The notes under the pieces: generated by a model
Seen by the model: only the letters and a program-made list of their open reading frames with translations
Told to the model about the DNA's origin: nothing
Databases searched by the model: none
Translations under genes and position numbers: made by a program
In this document: positions 36,785 to 51,580 of the stretch, piece after piece
Numbering within the stretch: the first letter of the stretch is position 1
Layout: each line of letters starts with the position of its first letter
Assembly: GCA_030141605.1 (NCBI GenBank)
Contig: JAQGDQ010000086.1
Span: forward strand, 119,418 to 183,417
Direction of reading: 5' to 3'
DNA from: Tubiluchus corallicola
Lineage: Eukaryota > Animalia > Priapulida
DNA length: 64,000 nucleotides

Positions 36785-38114
36785 GTGTGTGTGAATGGCA
36801 ACAGTGCACAGCTACATAACAAGAGGTTAGCTGAAAAGTAATTAAAGTAAATGTAAGGTAAGATGCTTTACTGTACGGTGCATAGCAGCTTCCACGATTT
36901 TTATACTTATAATATAGGTAAGATTTTAGGTAAATTTGGTTATCTAAATGAGAAAAGGCTTGTTAGAACAGACTTTGCCATTAAAAGGCGTACAATTAAT
37001 TACGTGATCTCCTTTTCAATGGTAACTTCAACTAGCATACTCTACACTCTGTTACAGTATGCAAGAGAATTTAACATTGTTTCCATTTGAAAAAAAACCG
37101 AACACCTGCATACTTGCAGTCCCATATGCAATAAATAATTTTAAACTTTCCAAAAGAAAAAGATGATTCCTGAAGAACTGAAGAAAAATAACAAGACGAA
37201 CCTGAAGAAAAAGAAGAAGTAGAACAACAACAGATAGACAGAGACAACAATTAAGGGCAAAAAGAACATGAACAAAAAAGAGCAAAAAGAAGAAGAAGAA
37301 GAAAATTAAAAAGAAGAACAACACAACAGCAGTAGACAGACAGAGAAACAGAACAACAACAACAACTACCACAAGAAAAGGAACAAGAAGAAGAAGAAAG
37401 AGAGCAAGAAAATTACGATGATGGTAGTGATGATGGTGACGGTTTGATAGTTTGATAGGTAGTGATGATGTCATTTAGTAAGATTAATAAAAATAGCTGG
37501 AAAATATAATAAAAATAAGCATATCTAATTTTTGTATTGAAAGCAATTTATTTTTTTTACAAGTTGACCAGCTAACAACTTAACATACACGAAAAACAGA
37601 TATGTAGGCCTGTAATTAATTATTGTATGATACGACACAAACTCCCGTGGCTACAACTCATAATAATCATAAATTATGCAACGAAACTAAAAATACAGGT
37701 TAAGGGCCACATACGTCACTGCTCAATAGCGATTGCGCATTAGTGTGTAAACACTTATTCATGTTCGAGCTTCTTGCGTGTTGTTTTGTGTGTGTATGTG
37801 TGTGTGCGCGCGTGCGTGTGTGTGAATGGCAACAGTGCACAGCTACATAACAAGAGGTTAGCCGAAAGGTAATTGAAGTAAATGTCAGGTAACATGCTTT
37901 ACTGTACGGTTCATAGCAGCTTCCATGATTTTTATACTTATAGATAAGAATTTAGGTAAATTTGGGTATCTAAATGCGAAGAGGCTTGTTAGAACAGACT
38001 TTGCCAGAAAAAGGGTGTACAATTAATTACGTGATCTCCTTTTCTTTGGTAGCTTCAACAAGCATGCTTTACACTCTGTAACAGTATGCGAGAGAATTTA
38101 ACATTGTTTCCATT
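36785..38114 (+). repeat. ~300-bp direct duplication (36785-37087 and 37816-38114) upstream of GALT
   Basis: gtgaatggcaacagtgcacagctacataacaagagg...gagaatttaacattgtttccatt present twice with scattered mismatches. Confidence 0.9.
37170..37410 (+). repeat. GAA/CAA-rich low-complexity tract
   Basis: Degenerate (AAG)n/(AAC)n. Confidence 0.8.
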
Positions 38115-38910
38115 CCATAACATATTGAGAATCTTTATCTTTCTTCAAGGATTCTACTTGTTGACAACCATTATTGCGTATTGTTTTCCTGTAATATCCT
38201 AATATTTTGCTATTATTATTCCTTAATACACATTGTTTACGTATTACTTATCACATGCATGCTGAGTTTGTTGGCACAGAAATAAGTGAGCTGTTGTTTC
38301 TTGCTCTTTATTACACACTTCATTTAATTAGCAATAAGATGTCACCATTTTGGTTATGAAAATGCCTTTTTAGAGTGTATAAGCATCTAAATTTATCTTT
38401 GGTGAAATTAGTTTAATCGCTTTGCCAACCTTGGTTCATTTCAGTGTGAGACAATAAAACTCTTACACTAACCAGCAACGCAACATTACTGCAGAAATAT
38501 TGATAGAGCTAGGTAAGAATTAGTATGGCAATACTGATATCAACTGGTAACAGCTACTGTCAGTAAGAGTTTTGCACTAGTTATTACAACAGCTTAATAA
38601 CTAGTGAGTAAGTACAAAGAAAGATAATGAATCACTTTTTAAAATTTCAGTTATACAGTACAGTTATAAGGCATTATACTTATTAATTTTGCAGGAATGA
38701 GTGTCAACACTGTTGGGAACTGAAAGCGGTCCTAGACCTGCTGTTTATAATGTGAGAATCTGTGTACATGTACAGTCCTCTGATGGCTTTCTTCAAATAG
38801 CAGTTAAAGCCAGCTTAGTACAGGATTTCCAAATTTCAAATCACCTAGGCGCTACAGGTACCTGCTCTTTTTGACTGCACTTTGAGCTGAAATTGATTGG
38901 AATTGTATGA

Positions 38911-39987
<1,077 letters not shown>

Positions 39988-41944
39988 GCTTTTATCAGTA
40001 TTAACATCAAACTGTTGAGCTATAAAAACTTTTGACTACATTATTGTTCTAACACCAAATATAATGGTCATCCTTAATGCTGCAAACATAATAATTGTGT
40101 TTGTTTCATTATAAAACCATGTATTATTGTTCAATAGCCTAAGTATAACTTCCATCAGTATTATGTATAAAAATAACTTTCCTACGTTTTGTTACTCCGA
40201 CTTGTAATGTTATTCATAATTATAGTTGCTCAATGAAGTGGAAGTCCATCCATCGGCCTGTCTGTCATCACGTTTTTTAGCTGTGCAGTAATTTTTGGAT
40301 GTTCATACTTGCCATACAGGTACATCAATATGGGCCAAATTCGGAGCCTATTAGTTATCGAGTCAATTTTTATGTTTTGTAGTTTTTTCTGTAAGAAAAT
40401 TCTACCTAATTTGCTCAGGTGTATGCAATTTATAAATACCAAAGAAAAACTGACCGCTAAATGAATTATGATTTATCAGCAGTGTTTAAGATAAGAATCA
40501 GTACCATGCGTTAAACCCTTACATATACTCAGGCTTTTTTCAGACTTTTTGTATGATGTCATTTCTGTGTTAATACGGAAAATACGTTTTTAATTAAATG
40601 AGCTAGGCATACGCCTGTATCTGGATGCAACTTCAGATGTTATACAAATTTATGGTACTTTATAATGATATTATGATACAATTTTAAATGAAAACTACAA
40701 TCTGTGTCAATGGAGAAACTTCTCGCACAAGACTTCTCTGTCATGATGCAAAAGTACAACCACAAATGACAAACTGCAACAAATGAACAGATAGTATGGA
40801 ATTTATTTCATATACATAATATATTACAAAAATTTTCATCTTTCTTATTAGAAATATTATATTTTTATTAAGTAAAATCTGTATGTAAATGTTTTGATAC
40901 GAGAGTACATAGAAACAGGGCATATATCTTACAAATGCAAGGACAAAACACGGTAGAACTTGAAATAATTTGTGACATTATTTACAAACGATAATAATTA
41001 TTGTCGTGATAATGTTATTAGCTACCAAACAATTTTAACAAAACAATAATAAATGATCACAGCAATTATACGCATTGCAAGTGTCAGGTGTTATAATTTA
41101 ACAAGCATGGTTAGTTGAAAAGTGAGGACTCACCTAAGCTGTGAGTACACATAGTAAATTTGGACCTTAAGTGAGATGTGGTAAAAGAATATGTACATAC
41201 ATGTATTTCCAGATTAAAGTCTTACTACCATTCAGTACTACAGAATGGCATGTATATTCAGAAACAGAAAGTTTGTAATTTTGGTAACACAGGTTAATGT
41301 CAAAGGTGACAAAAATAGTGTAACAGGAACCTTTTTACAGCAGAGTCATACACTAAGTATTAACCAATGGCTGAATATGTTGGTTATACACTTCAGGCTC
41401 AGTCAAACAAGATTACCAGCCTATTACAAAGCACGGAAATTAAACAATTGCTTTATAATTATGCTGCAGTGCTGTGTAACCCACTCGTATACTAAACTCA
41501 AACTGAGCTGAAATGAAAATTATAAAAACTGCTGCTACAGAACGTAAATGGATACAGGTACTTGGCACTGCAAAAAACGACACTTGCTGCTTTATTCCGT
41601 TGCTATTGCCCAAATGAACTGAAAACTCCATTGCACGCTCCTTGTTCACTGCATGTCAGTCTACTAAATAGAGTTACATTGTCAAGTACCTCGACAACTT
41701 GCTTCTTGCATAACATGGGTATAAACATTTTTCATGATATCAGTGCTTGCATAATTTTCTACATACTATAATCACAGGCACAAACAAACATTTCTGCTGT
41801 AGCACATTTCAGTAGACAGCTGGATAGGTCCACTGCTATTTGTACGATAATACTTTGTTCTTTGCAGTACACATATGAGCAGTGACAACAGGCAGAAAGT
41901 CCTGCCATTAAAACTGTATGCACTCTTAACACCGTAAATCAGTG

Positions 41945-41960
41945 CTACGGTCGATGAAAC
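41945..41960 (-). CDS. PHACTR: PHACTR terminal exon (FHRP*)
   Basis: tttcag acceptor; conserved RFHRP C-terminus. Confidence 0.92.
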
Positions 41961-44900
41961 CTGAAAAAATCAATTAGAAATACGTTAATTAATTTTCTAT
42001 AATCTAGACTTACTAATGTGTGTGGCATATTTCAAATCAGAAAAGCAACAGTAAAGATCACAAAAGACTATAAAATGTCAGCAAATTTTCGTATTTTTGC
42101 ATTACCTTCCATCTGAATGCTGTGGTTAATAGATATTCTGCATACTAGAGGTTTAAATTAAAAGGCTGTTAAAGAGGATGCTAGAAAGGCTGATCAAAAA
42201 GGTTATAAAATTTTGTCTGTTTAGAGGTGAAATGAAATAACAGTTTACAAAAATAGTACCTTGTTAGATGCCTGCTCTTTTCATGTACGGGCATCTCAGA
42301 AGCTTTAAAGTCATTCAGTTCTTTTCTTATAGCAGCCTGTAAAGCAAAAAAGTCGGATTTAGTTTGGAAAGCTTTGGAAAGCTTAAGTTTTCCTTCTTCT
42401 AATTCCTAACATCTCTATTCCTAGCAGATCATTATTAAATAGTGTTTACCTGCTCAAAGATGCATTTGTTTATTCCAGAAGTAAAACCGGTTTTGCACGT
42501 TTGATTAGTGTTTAAAATCACAGTGTCATAATTTGGAAATGCAATTATAGTTTGCACCGAAAGTGATTAAAACTACTGACGGCAATGGTTACTTTTGCTC
42601 AATCTCGCACTAACATGTACTCGGCAGTAATGAAACAGTATTTAATTAGCTCCAACTTGCTAGATATCTTAACGTTAAAGTAAAAGCTCTAGGAGTAGAT
42701 AAGTAATTAGTGTACGTATAGTTAACTTTTTTGCCTTGTTCAAGTTTTTAGCATCTCGAAGATAGGATGCACAAACTTGGAAATAACAAAACAAACAGAA
42801 AAATAAATGGATGCTCATTGTTTTAAATCTAGTCCAATCTCTAATTAATCTCTCACGTAAAAAATAATGCATTTCACCTTATCCTTGGGTGTTAGACGAG
42901 TCCAGGGTTTGTCAGCTTTTCGATCGTAAATGTGTGCTTCCGTTACCTCAACGTAATCATTAAATTGAATGATCTTCCTTTCACGGAGATCCTCAATTGT
43001 AGGTCTAAAGCTCAACTAGAAGTAAAAACGCCATGATTTACGCAAGCATTAGTGGTTAGATAGAAATATAATAGGGACATCCAGGTTTTTGCAACTTGTA
43101 TATTATTGCCATTTCATGAGTAAATTAGTATTAAGAAATGTTTCAGTGTTGAAACAAAGATGCTTAGAAAATAAAAATTGCTAAACGTGTAGCTTTTCGG
43201 TTGTATAGAGTTGATGAGCATCAACAAAATTCCATTACGATTCGAAAATGATTTTGATTTTAGTTAGAAATTATCAAGTTAAAGACCTTAATCAATTAAA
43301 CACTGACAAACAGTGGTCATATTTTTATGCATAGTTTTCTATTACAAAAGCCTAAAGTAAATACTTCGGTGTATAGCATCACAGTTATTAGAATGCAGGA
43401 AATGTTGCAAAATAAAAGGCAAACCTTTCTTAGCAATAAAATTTTTCTTTCCTCCATTTGCTGCTTTGCTTCTGAAGGGGACAATTCTGCAAAAAAGTCA
43501 CAGGAACAATGAAAAGCGAGAAAAGCAATCTTATATTACACAACTAAATTGTAGCATCTCAAGGTGTTGTTCCAAAATACTATCAGGATAATACTGTTTG
43601 CTGGCTAAGCAACATTACACACTTCTTGTAAGTTTTTGTATGTAGTTTTACTTTTGTTACGCATAACTTCAATTCTGTACATAACAATATCAACTTGTGG
43701 AAAAAATTCATATGTATATTCTATCATATCTAATGGTAAACCATCATTATTGATATTTATTGTGAGAACTAATAAATTAATACAATGTAACATGTTTAGT
43801 TTAAAATTAATCAATGTATTATTATTATTATTGCTTGAAACAGGAGTATGTATTAATGGTAAGCATGATGAAGGTTACAAAATAAATCTCTAGAACAACT
43901 TTATATGAAAAGTGTGATAAATTTTTTACTTATTTTTTTAAAGATTTGTTTTATCATGCACATAAGTTATGAAAATATTGATTTAGTATGATCCTGTATG
44001 CATGACATCTTTGTCTTTTACATTTGTGACACAGCTCTTCAAACGTTCCTCATAATCTCCCATGTAATCGCAACTCATACAATTCATCAACTAAAACTTT
44101 TCATTAACACAATACATCATAACAAAACTACCAAACATCACTTACGCCGGAGGATATTTCGTTGTTCCAACTCAACAGGAGACGGCCGGAAGCTCAACCT
44201 CCTCTCTAGGCGATTAGAGATCTCCTCCCGTGTTTCCGCTCTTTCCTGATCGGTTTGCATCGGGATAATGTTCCGCTCCACCAGCTCTTTCCGCGAGGAG
44301 CGGTGACTGAGCAATTTTTCTAAACTGTCTTTACGTGCCACTTTAGCTGCCCAAGAACCTAAATAAGCAAAGAAAAATTAAAAGATAATTCAAGCTAAAA
44401 CAGGGTTATTTACATAGGATTCTTGTTGATGCAAAAGTGCTAAAGAAGTAAATAAAGGTGAACATGGCACTGATTTACAACTTACATCTGGCATTTCAAT
44501 ATTATCAACTTTACATACTATAAAGCAAAGTATGTTATACTACATGCAAGGTCCTCACTGCTGTAGTTTAACATGCCAGATTAACATTTTACAAATAATG
44601 TACAGTAAATTATGCAGATTGACATGAACTTACAGTCAAGTTTTGGCTTTAACTTTCTAAAATACTCCTGAAATGCATTGATTTGATTTCAAAAAAGTTT
44701 CATTAATCTTAAAAAGTTAAAAAAACGGTTTTGTTCTTATACAGCCCATCTCATCAGAATCACCATAAACAAATGGTGTATTTAACAGGCATGCAAACAA
44801 GTTAAACAAACATGGTAACTAGCACTCGAACCTGCTGTTTTCATTAAACCAACTGGCCCTATCAAAGTATTCAATAACATAACAATCCTATTAAGCAGCA

Positions 44901-47900
44901 AGCTGGAAATGTTCTGCACTGAACAAGTTTGGAAACCAAAATGACTTTAATGTATACGATGATTAGGGGAGATAACTTATGATTATTATAAAGCACTGAC
45001 TGGAAAACACGAGTTAAATCTGTTAGATACGAAGTCGCTAAAATTTCAAGATCATAAAAAGTTTCTGCATCTGCAGGTTTCACTTTTCATCAAATCTAAA
45101 TTATTTCTGAATTTAGAAAAAAGTTAAAACTCCTCTCTTTTTTAATACATCTTGGTACACTGCATGACAGAGGGGCCACTTTTCAATTATTAGGGAAAAT
45201 CTCTAAGATGAGATACTGAAGTGGCGGTGGTGTCTTTGGTATGTTCAGGTGCATGTATATCATCCCTCATAGACTTTTCAACCGAGTTTGAGTTGTTGCT
45301 GGCACGCGCTTTCCCGCGAGAATTTGGTTGCATTCTGGAAGTGCTGTTTACTTTCTCCGGGACATGGATTTAAAACATTGAAACCAAAAAAGATCAATTT
45401 TGTTCAGCATATAAATACAGTTATACACATATATTCGATTTTTGAGCTACTGCTGTGCAGCTGCACCATACCTCAATAAATGAGTCTTTTATACTGCTTA
45501 AATCTTAAATATCTGATATTGTTGAAAACAAGGCATAATTTTATTATGTTTTTATCAAATGACCAAAAACAACCTAAATAGTTACGCACATTATAATGAC
45601 AGTACAGTCACATCCAGTTAATGCACTACACACCGCTATAGAAGATGTGACTAGTCTACAGCTTGCACTTACAACTATGAACAATAAACATACTCATCAC
45701 ACCACTATCATCTTCATCATCTTCGTCTTCATCTTCTCGATAGTTGATGTCCTCATCATCTGAGTCTGCCTCATTATATTTTGATGGATCACGGATTACA
45801 ACCCGAGGCCGACACTGTTTGATGTTCTCTTTATTATCGCTCGGTAACTGAAACCTGGGCTTCGCAGGAACTTCCGGTTTCACTCTAAATAAGCAAAAAG
45901 AACAGATGCATTATTTGCAAACAATTATAGATTTATGTTCTATTCCCAGCAATACTGCATTTTCACTTAGAACTACTTTGACCTTCAATGTATTGTATTC
46001 AGTGCACATACAAATAGAACCTTCAATCTTAGAAATCCTATTGTGATCAATGTTATGAGAAGGTCTGTAAAACACACATATGAAACATGTCACAGTGCTT
46101 ATAGCTGAAAGTAAAGACAAAAGAACAAATAATTTGTAAAATAAGCAAGGAACATGTGTGTATGTGTACACCAGCTAGCAAACAATTTTGCACAGTTACT
46201 AAGCTGTTAAACACTTTTTGGAAGTACGTATTTCTTTATTGATGTAATTTACATCTGCTTTGTGGACATCTACATATTATCACATTTACTTTTTAGCTTT
46301 TATTGGCTTTAGCTGACTGATGTTTAAGAAATCAGAAATTCAGCATCCACTTCTTAGTGTCCCATAGAAAACAAAAATTCCATTAGCTAAAATTTATTTG
46401 ACAAGGCAATATTCTTCATGTCATAATTGCACATTCAGACAATTCAAATTCAGTTTGTTGAGTGTAGTTATGCAGTACACAATATTCAGCATCAAACTAC
46501 CACTGACTACGATGATTTTAAAGCGTTTCATCTGGTAGCCTGTCTAGTATCTCACCTGGGTGATGCATCACCAGAGCTGAAGTTAACACGATGCTGTGGC
46601 AATTGTGGAGGATCACCATCTTGTCGCAGCACCCCTAAACGTGGACTAGGTTGACTGTGCTCCACCCGTACAGCAACGCGAGGGCTGGGGCGGGATGGTC
46701 CCGCACCCTTTAATGCACTCTTCACTGGTAGGGCATCTAGTCGTGGTTCTCGAGCAGCAATCTAGGAAAAGAATGTGGGAACCCATCAAATTTTGTAGTT
46801 TTAGTCTCTGATTTTTACAGCAATCTTATTTTTAGCTAAGTAAGTATATTCGTGATTCAGAGTGCATAAAGAGAAAAGACCAAAAAATACAAATTAAAGC
46901 TCTTTTATAATACATTTAATAGGTATGTATTAAATTTTGATTTCCTCTTCATACGAAAGACTTGCTTTCTCGATTCATTGCCATGGACAGGAAAACAATT
47001 AAAGGAAAAATGGGAAATGATCATGGCAGCAAAACTCTGTTTTTGTGAAGATTTTCCATTATTTATCTAACTGAATTTTCTCGGCAGCTATGCTTATGTA
47101 GGTTAATTACTAATTTTGTCATCATTTGCGATAATAATGCTAAATAATTGATGCAAAGAAGCTGAATTTTACTTAAACAGGAAGCGGCATCTTTGTTTAC
47201 GCAGCAGTGATTAATTTTGTAGCAAAAAAGTTGAGCTACATTGATTGAAACTGATCTTGTGACGCCACATCTAAAAAAATTAACGCGCTGTTGATTTACA
47301 CAAAATTGTTGGGTGATACTGAGACCAAGCCCGCTCTCACCATTTATTATATGTAAGGCCTATTGTAAATGACTTCGTCGTTACAGTTACTGTTAACAGT
47401 TTTGTGTAAATCAGCAGCGCGTTAATTTGTTTAAATGTGGCATCACAAGATCAGTTTCAATCAATGTAGCTCAACTTTTTTGCTACAAAATTAATCACTG
47501 CTGCGTAAACAAAGGTGCCGCTTCCTGTTTAATTGAAATTCAGCTTCTTTGCATCAATTTACTACTGCCTCTGGTATTTTGATTTACTTCAGCCAAATAG
47601 TCAACTAGGTGATTCAAACAGCACCTTTCTTTCGCCTCGTTTCAAAAGAAGGAAATGAGTTTTAATTAATGTACGTTCCTAGTCAGAAATCAAAAATTAT
47701 ACAATAACATTTGTATTGCATGTCATATGTAGAAATGCAATTCCTACAGTCCAGGTATCTCGAAAATTTACAAAATAAAAATCTTGAGAAATTTTCTTGT
47801 CAAACAAAAGGGATTCAAAAATTACTTTTTTATTTAATACTAGATCATTTATTAATTTACAACTGTGTTTTCTAGTAATTATTAGACTCGTCCTGATTTT

Positions 47901-50900
47901 CATTATAAATACAACCTTCTGCCCATCATTTAAATTTTAAAAAATCCCGCCTTTTCGTGTACTTGGTTAGAAATGCGACACTGATGAAAATGCACCGCAG
48001 TATCTTTGCAACTGCTTCGCACACATATATTCAGATTTGCCTCACTTTATGAAATTTGCAAACATGCTGCATAACAGTACGAATGAACAGGATGCAAGTT
48101 TTGGTAAAAATTATTCTAATATCAGCTGCAACTGCCTTTTAAGGAAATTACCTGTTCGATTAGGGAAGTGTCTACAAATGGCGATGGTACACCACCAGTT
48201 GATATCACTACGGCAGGACTAGTAGCTGTTGCAGAAACCTGATTTGATGATAATGACGTGTTATCTCCATCAGTCGTTTCATCGTTTAACGATATTCGAA
48301 TTTGTTCAGCTGAAACATAAAAATAGCATTGTCAATTTCACTTACCAAAGATATCACAATACTGTGACACTATCAATTTATTTCATATTTTACAATAAAT
48401 AATTTAATATATGAAAGAGGAGAGATTCGATAAAGGAAAATCCACCTCGAATTTTATTTTCTTACAGAACCTGATTAATTAACTTCATCAGAGAAAGACT
48501 AACAAAAGTTTAAAGTAGGCAGCATGTGGGATCATTTATAAACAATTACTGTTATGTTGAATTGCCTGAAAAAAATCACTTTTTGATGTTATTAGGCCAT
48601 TACAGGTAAAAATGCAACAGAGTCTATTACCAAAACTATGCATGAAAGCAATTAGCCTTTCAGTGGAACCACCTGGTCGAAACGGATTGACAAATGATCA
48701 AGGTAGAAAAGCACACATTAAGCAACTGTTAAACTTTGTAAGCCTCCGCGCAATGGACAACTTTTGCTAACTGATCTACGGAAATTAATACAGAAGTGCC
48801 TACCCTGAACTTTTCACCTTTTGAACAAAATGAAGTTCACTTAAAAGAAACAAGATATCCTGAGGATATGTCTAGATAGCATACTATACAATCTCAAGCA
48901 TTTTAAAAAAGAAGTAAGAAAAAGAACTAATAAAAAGGAATCAGTAAACAATATAGATTCAGCACAAGGGGAAAGTTTTGAAGGCTTGTACAGCCTTCAT
49001 AAAAAAAACTTTTTCTTACTAATTAAGAAACCAAAAAACCAATAATATAATAATTAAAAAGGTCCCTTACAACAACAAAGATATAACAATGAAAATCCTA
49101 GCAAATTTATTATGAGTGCAACTTTTTCCAACGTTAATGTGATCTAAATGATACATCGATTTCGATACAGCAATGTCGGAACGTACATGTGAAGCATTGT
49201 CATGAAAATGTATTAAATGCCTTTTCAAAAGATTTTCTACAATTTTCGAATAATTTCAGCAAAACTGCAATTTGTAATCGAGTTATTTACATTTAGCACA
49301 CTAGGAAACTAAAATACTACTTAGTACATCGATTTCTGTAGACCACCTGGCAATTAAAAGAAGAATAAGTAACAAAATGGACTTATATACCGCAACTCAT
49401 TATAATTTATACAAAATCTTATAACTAGAAGAATGTGTTAAAGTTTATCAGAGGATGATATGGAAAGGAATGTGGCATCATATTAAAGATGAATTTTATA
49501 GAAAACAGTTAAAAAACTTTCATGTTTTCATTTCGGCACAGACACAGTCTACATTTTAAAGGCAATTTGGACATAAATTCCTTTTTGCGCTCCAGTCAAA
49601 AATAGACACAAACAAATCAGGAATGCGCTGAGCTATATGTTGCCAAAACATAAGTGCAAGCATTTAGCAGCAGTAGTGAAAGAGAAATTACGCAGAACCC
49701 TTGGAACATGGACGCATTATTGACTAGAAGCGATATTATGACTGGCCTTTGAAAGCTTAGGGGAAGCTGCTTTGCAACAACATTAAAGCATCACTGAACT
49801 GCAGTAGAGCTCTAAAAAATACCACTTGACTAAGCAGGGGCAAAGTATGTAGTAAATTACAAATTCTGCTAAACAATTAAAACTTAAAAAAAGTGAACTA
49901 CTCATTATGAAAATAAATGGTTTTCAGTAAAGCACTGAAATCGGATTATAATATACTGAAAAATATATTCATATAGAGACATTTTGAACCACAAATAATC
50001 AGATGGAAGTTTTTGTAATAAACTTGACAAGTGATTTTAAATCATTGGCTCAGGAATTATTATAAATGCATCCCGTAGTTTAGGAAGTATTTGCTTTCTT
50101 CAGTTATCTTAAGTATGCTGAAACAATCATGGGAAACACTTACGTTCAACTATACTGCTACTATCTTGATTACTAGTTTGCATATAACTAAGGTTGTAAT
50201 CAGCCTCAGGTATTGGCACTGTGATGGATTCATCATAAACCTGTTCGCTGAGGAACACCTTGTGTGGGTGAGGGATATGGTCCGTCGACGATGACGTAGT
50301 AGTGACCCGTGCAACTGGAACTGTGACGGTTGTGGAAACTGTCGCTATGTGATTCACCTGTGCTATGGTCACTGTGGAAACACAAATATACAAAAATCAC
50401 TAAGCAATGTTGAAGTGATATAAAAACATTGGTAAGCTGACACTACTAATCAACATTTTCAATTATGAAACACATTTCTATAACATTCATTGTAGACAAG
50501 CAGCTATTTTATTGATATACAAACATACAAACATTGACATACAAACATTTTATTGATAGACAAAGGTCACAGATCACATAGATTTTAAAAGAAAAGTAAA
50601 GCAAAGAACTATATCTACAATTATTGCAACATACAAACAACACTAAAATTCACAGTACAGTATTAGAATTTAAGAATTCGAATGTGAAGAAACACTGCAA
50701 TTCAAAATTGAAAGCCTACTGTTAAATGTAGTATACTTGTAGTGAAAAAAGTGAATGTGAAAGTTGATAAATTGAACTTCACATCTGGAAAGTTTTATAA
50801 TCCATTATTTTCGTGTAATACGTTGCAATTTGCACTGACGAGAGAGCTGGATCCGCCATTGTACTAATCAGAATAATTGTCTAGCTTTCAATACATTTTC

Positions 50901-51580
50901 TTTCTGAACATACTCAAGGGAACTCACACAATAACGCTGAGTTCTTTTCTTGCTAATATGATTATAGCCTATAGTCGCTGTATTTTGACTTACAAAGTCT
51001 AACAAACGTGCAGGGAGAAAACAGAAACTGCAAACACAGAGAAGAAAACAGATAATACGATGCCCCATGTGGCAAAAAATGAAAAAACAGGCTCTTATGA
51101 AACAGAGCGTGTTTGACCGTCACATCTATATCATTTGTCCTCAAATAAATCCCGAAACAGAGTTCAATGGACCCAGTTGTTCCAGTTTTTCTGCTGCCTA
51201 TGACGAATGACTTATATTACTTCTTAGCTTATATTACACTAAACTTACGTAAATAATTATTGTAAAAAACACAAGTCTGATTTACTAAAATCTCTGCAAA
51301 AATTTTAAGAAATCAAAGTGACTTTTCAGAATGAATGTTTTCTGGAAAACTCATAAGTGGCAGGCTTACTCGAGTTTAGAACAACTGGACAACCATGAAA
51401 ATCACCTACCCATGCCATTTCGCTGTCCTGCCGTCATCTCTTTGGAAGAATTTTCTGGTGTCTGGTCACCATTCTGGTGATCGTCCGATGTCTCCAACAT
51501 CTGCAGAGGCATCGGAACGGGCGTGTCAGTGATGACATCACCATTGGCTGCGTAAGCGTCATCGGCATCTTTCACCGATT
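41945..51580 (-). CDS. PHACTR: Phosphatase and actin regulator (PHACTR), 5'-partial; complement join of 51410..51580, 50144..50371, 48152..48309, 46556..46761, 45694..45884, 44146..44358, 43425..43486, 42878..43015, 42260..42336, 41945..41960
   Basis: Three C-terminal RPEL repeats plus the PP1-binding tail [10 protein letters not shown]...[28 protein letters not shown]...HLTRFHRP*; all exons phase-consistent. Confidence 0.93.
42260..42336 (-). CDS. PHACTR: PHACTR exon [25 protein letters not shown]
   Basis: ttacag/gtacta. Confidence 0.94.
42878..43015 (-). CDS. PHACTR: PHACTR exon [24 protein letters not shown]...PKDK
   Basis: ttctag/gtgaaa; last RPEL and PP1-docking segment. Confidence 0.95.
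43425..43486 (-). CDS. PHACTR: PHACTR exon [21 protein letters not shown]
   Basis: ttgcag/gtttgc, phase 1-0. Confidence 0.88.
44146..44358 (-). CDS. PHACTR: PHACTR exon with two RPEL repeats (KVARKDSL...[14 protein letters not shown])
   Basis: atttag/gtaagt. Confidence 0.95.
45694..45884 (-). CDS. PHACTR: PHACTR exon VKPEVPAKP...SDNKEN...acidic tract
   Basis: atttag/gtatgt, phase 2-1. Confidence 0.88.
46556..46761 (-). CDS. PHACTR: PHACTR exon [19 protein letters not shown]...GDASP
   Basis: tcctag/gtgaga, phase 0-2. Confidence 0.85.
47146..47559. mobile_element. Foldback/MITE-like long inverted repeat: 165-bp arms (47146-47310, 47395-47559), 84-bp spacer
   Basis: Arms are near-perfect reverse complements; lies in a PHACTR intron. 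Confidence 0.85.
48152..48309 (-). CDS. PHACTR: PHACTR exon [12 protein letters not shown]...SLIEQ
   Basis: tttcag/gtaatt, phase 1-0. Confidence 0.8.
50144..50371 (-). CDS. PHACTR: PHACTR exon [11 protein letters not shown]...SSIVE
   Basis: ccacag/gtaagt, phase 1-1. Confidence 0.78.
51410..51580 (-). CDS. PHACTR: PHACTR exon [15 protein letters not shown]...QRNGM
   Basis: tttcag/gtaggt, phase 1-1. Confidence 0.8.

Noticed and set aside
37052-37474. 140-aa hydrophobic ORF resembling a membrane protein
   Set aside because: Antisense translation of a GAA/CAA low-complexity tract
46020-46064. Possible extra PHACTR micro-exon ([14 protein letters not shown]) after a good ttttacag acceptor
   Set aside because: No convincing phase-2 donor to rejoin exon 45884; the flanking exons already join in frame
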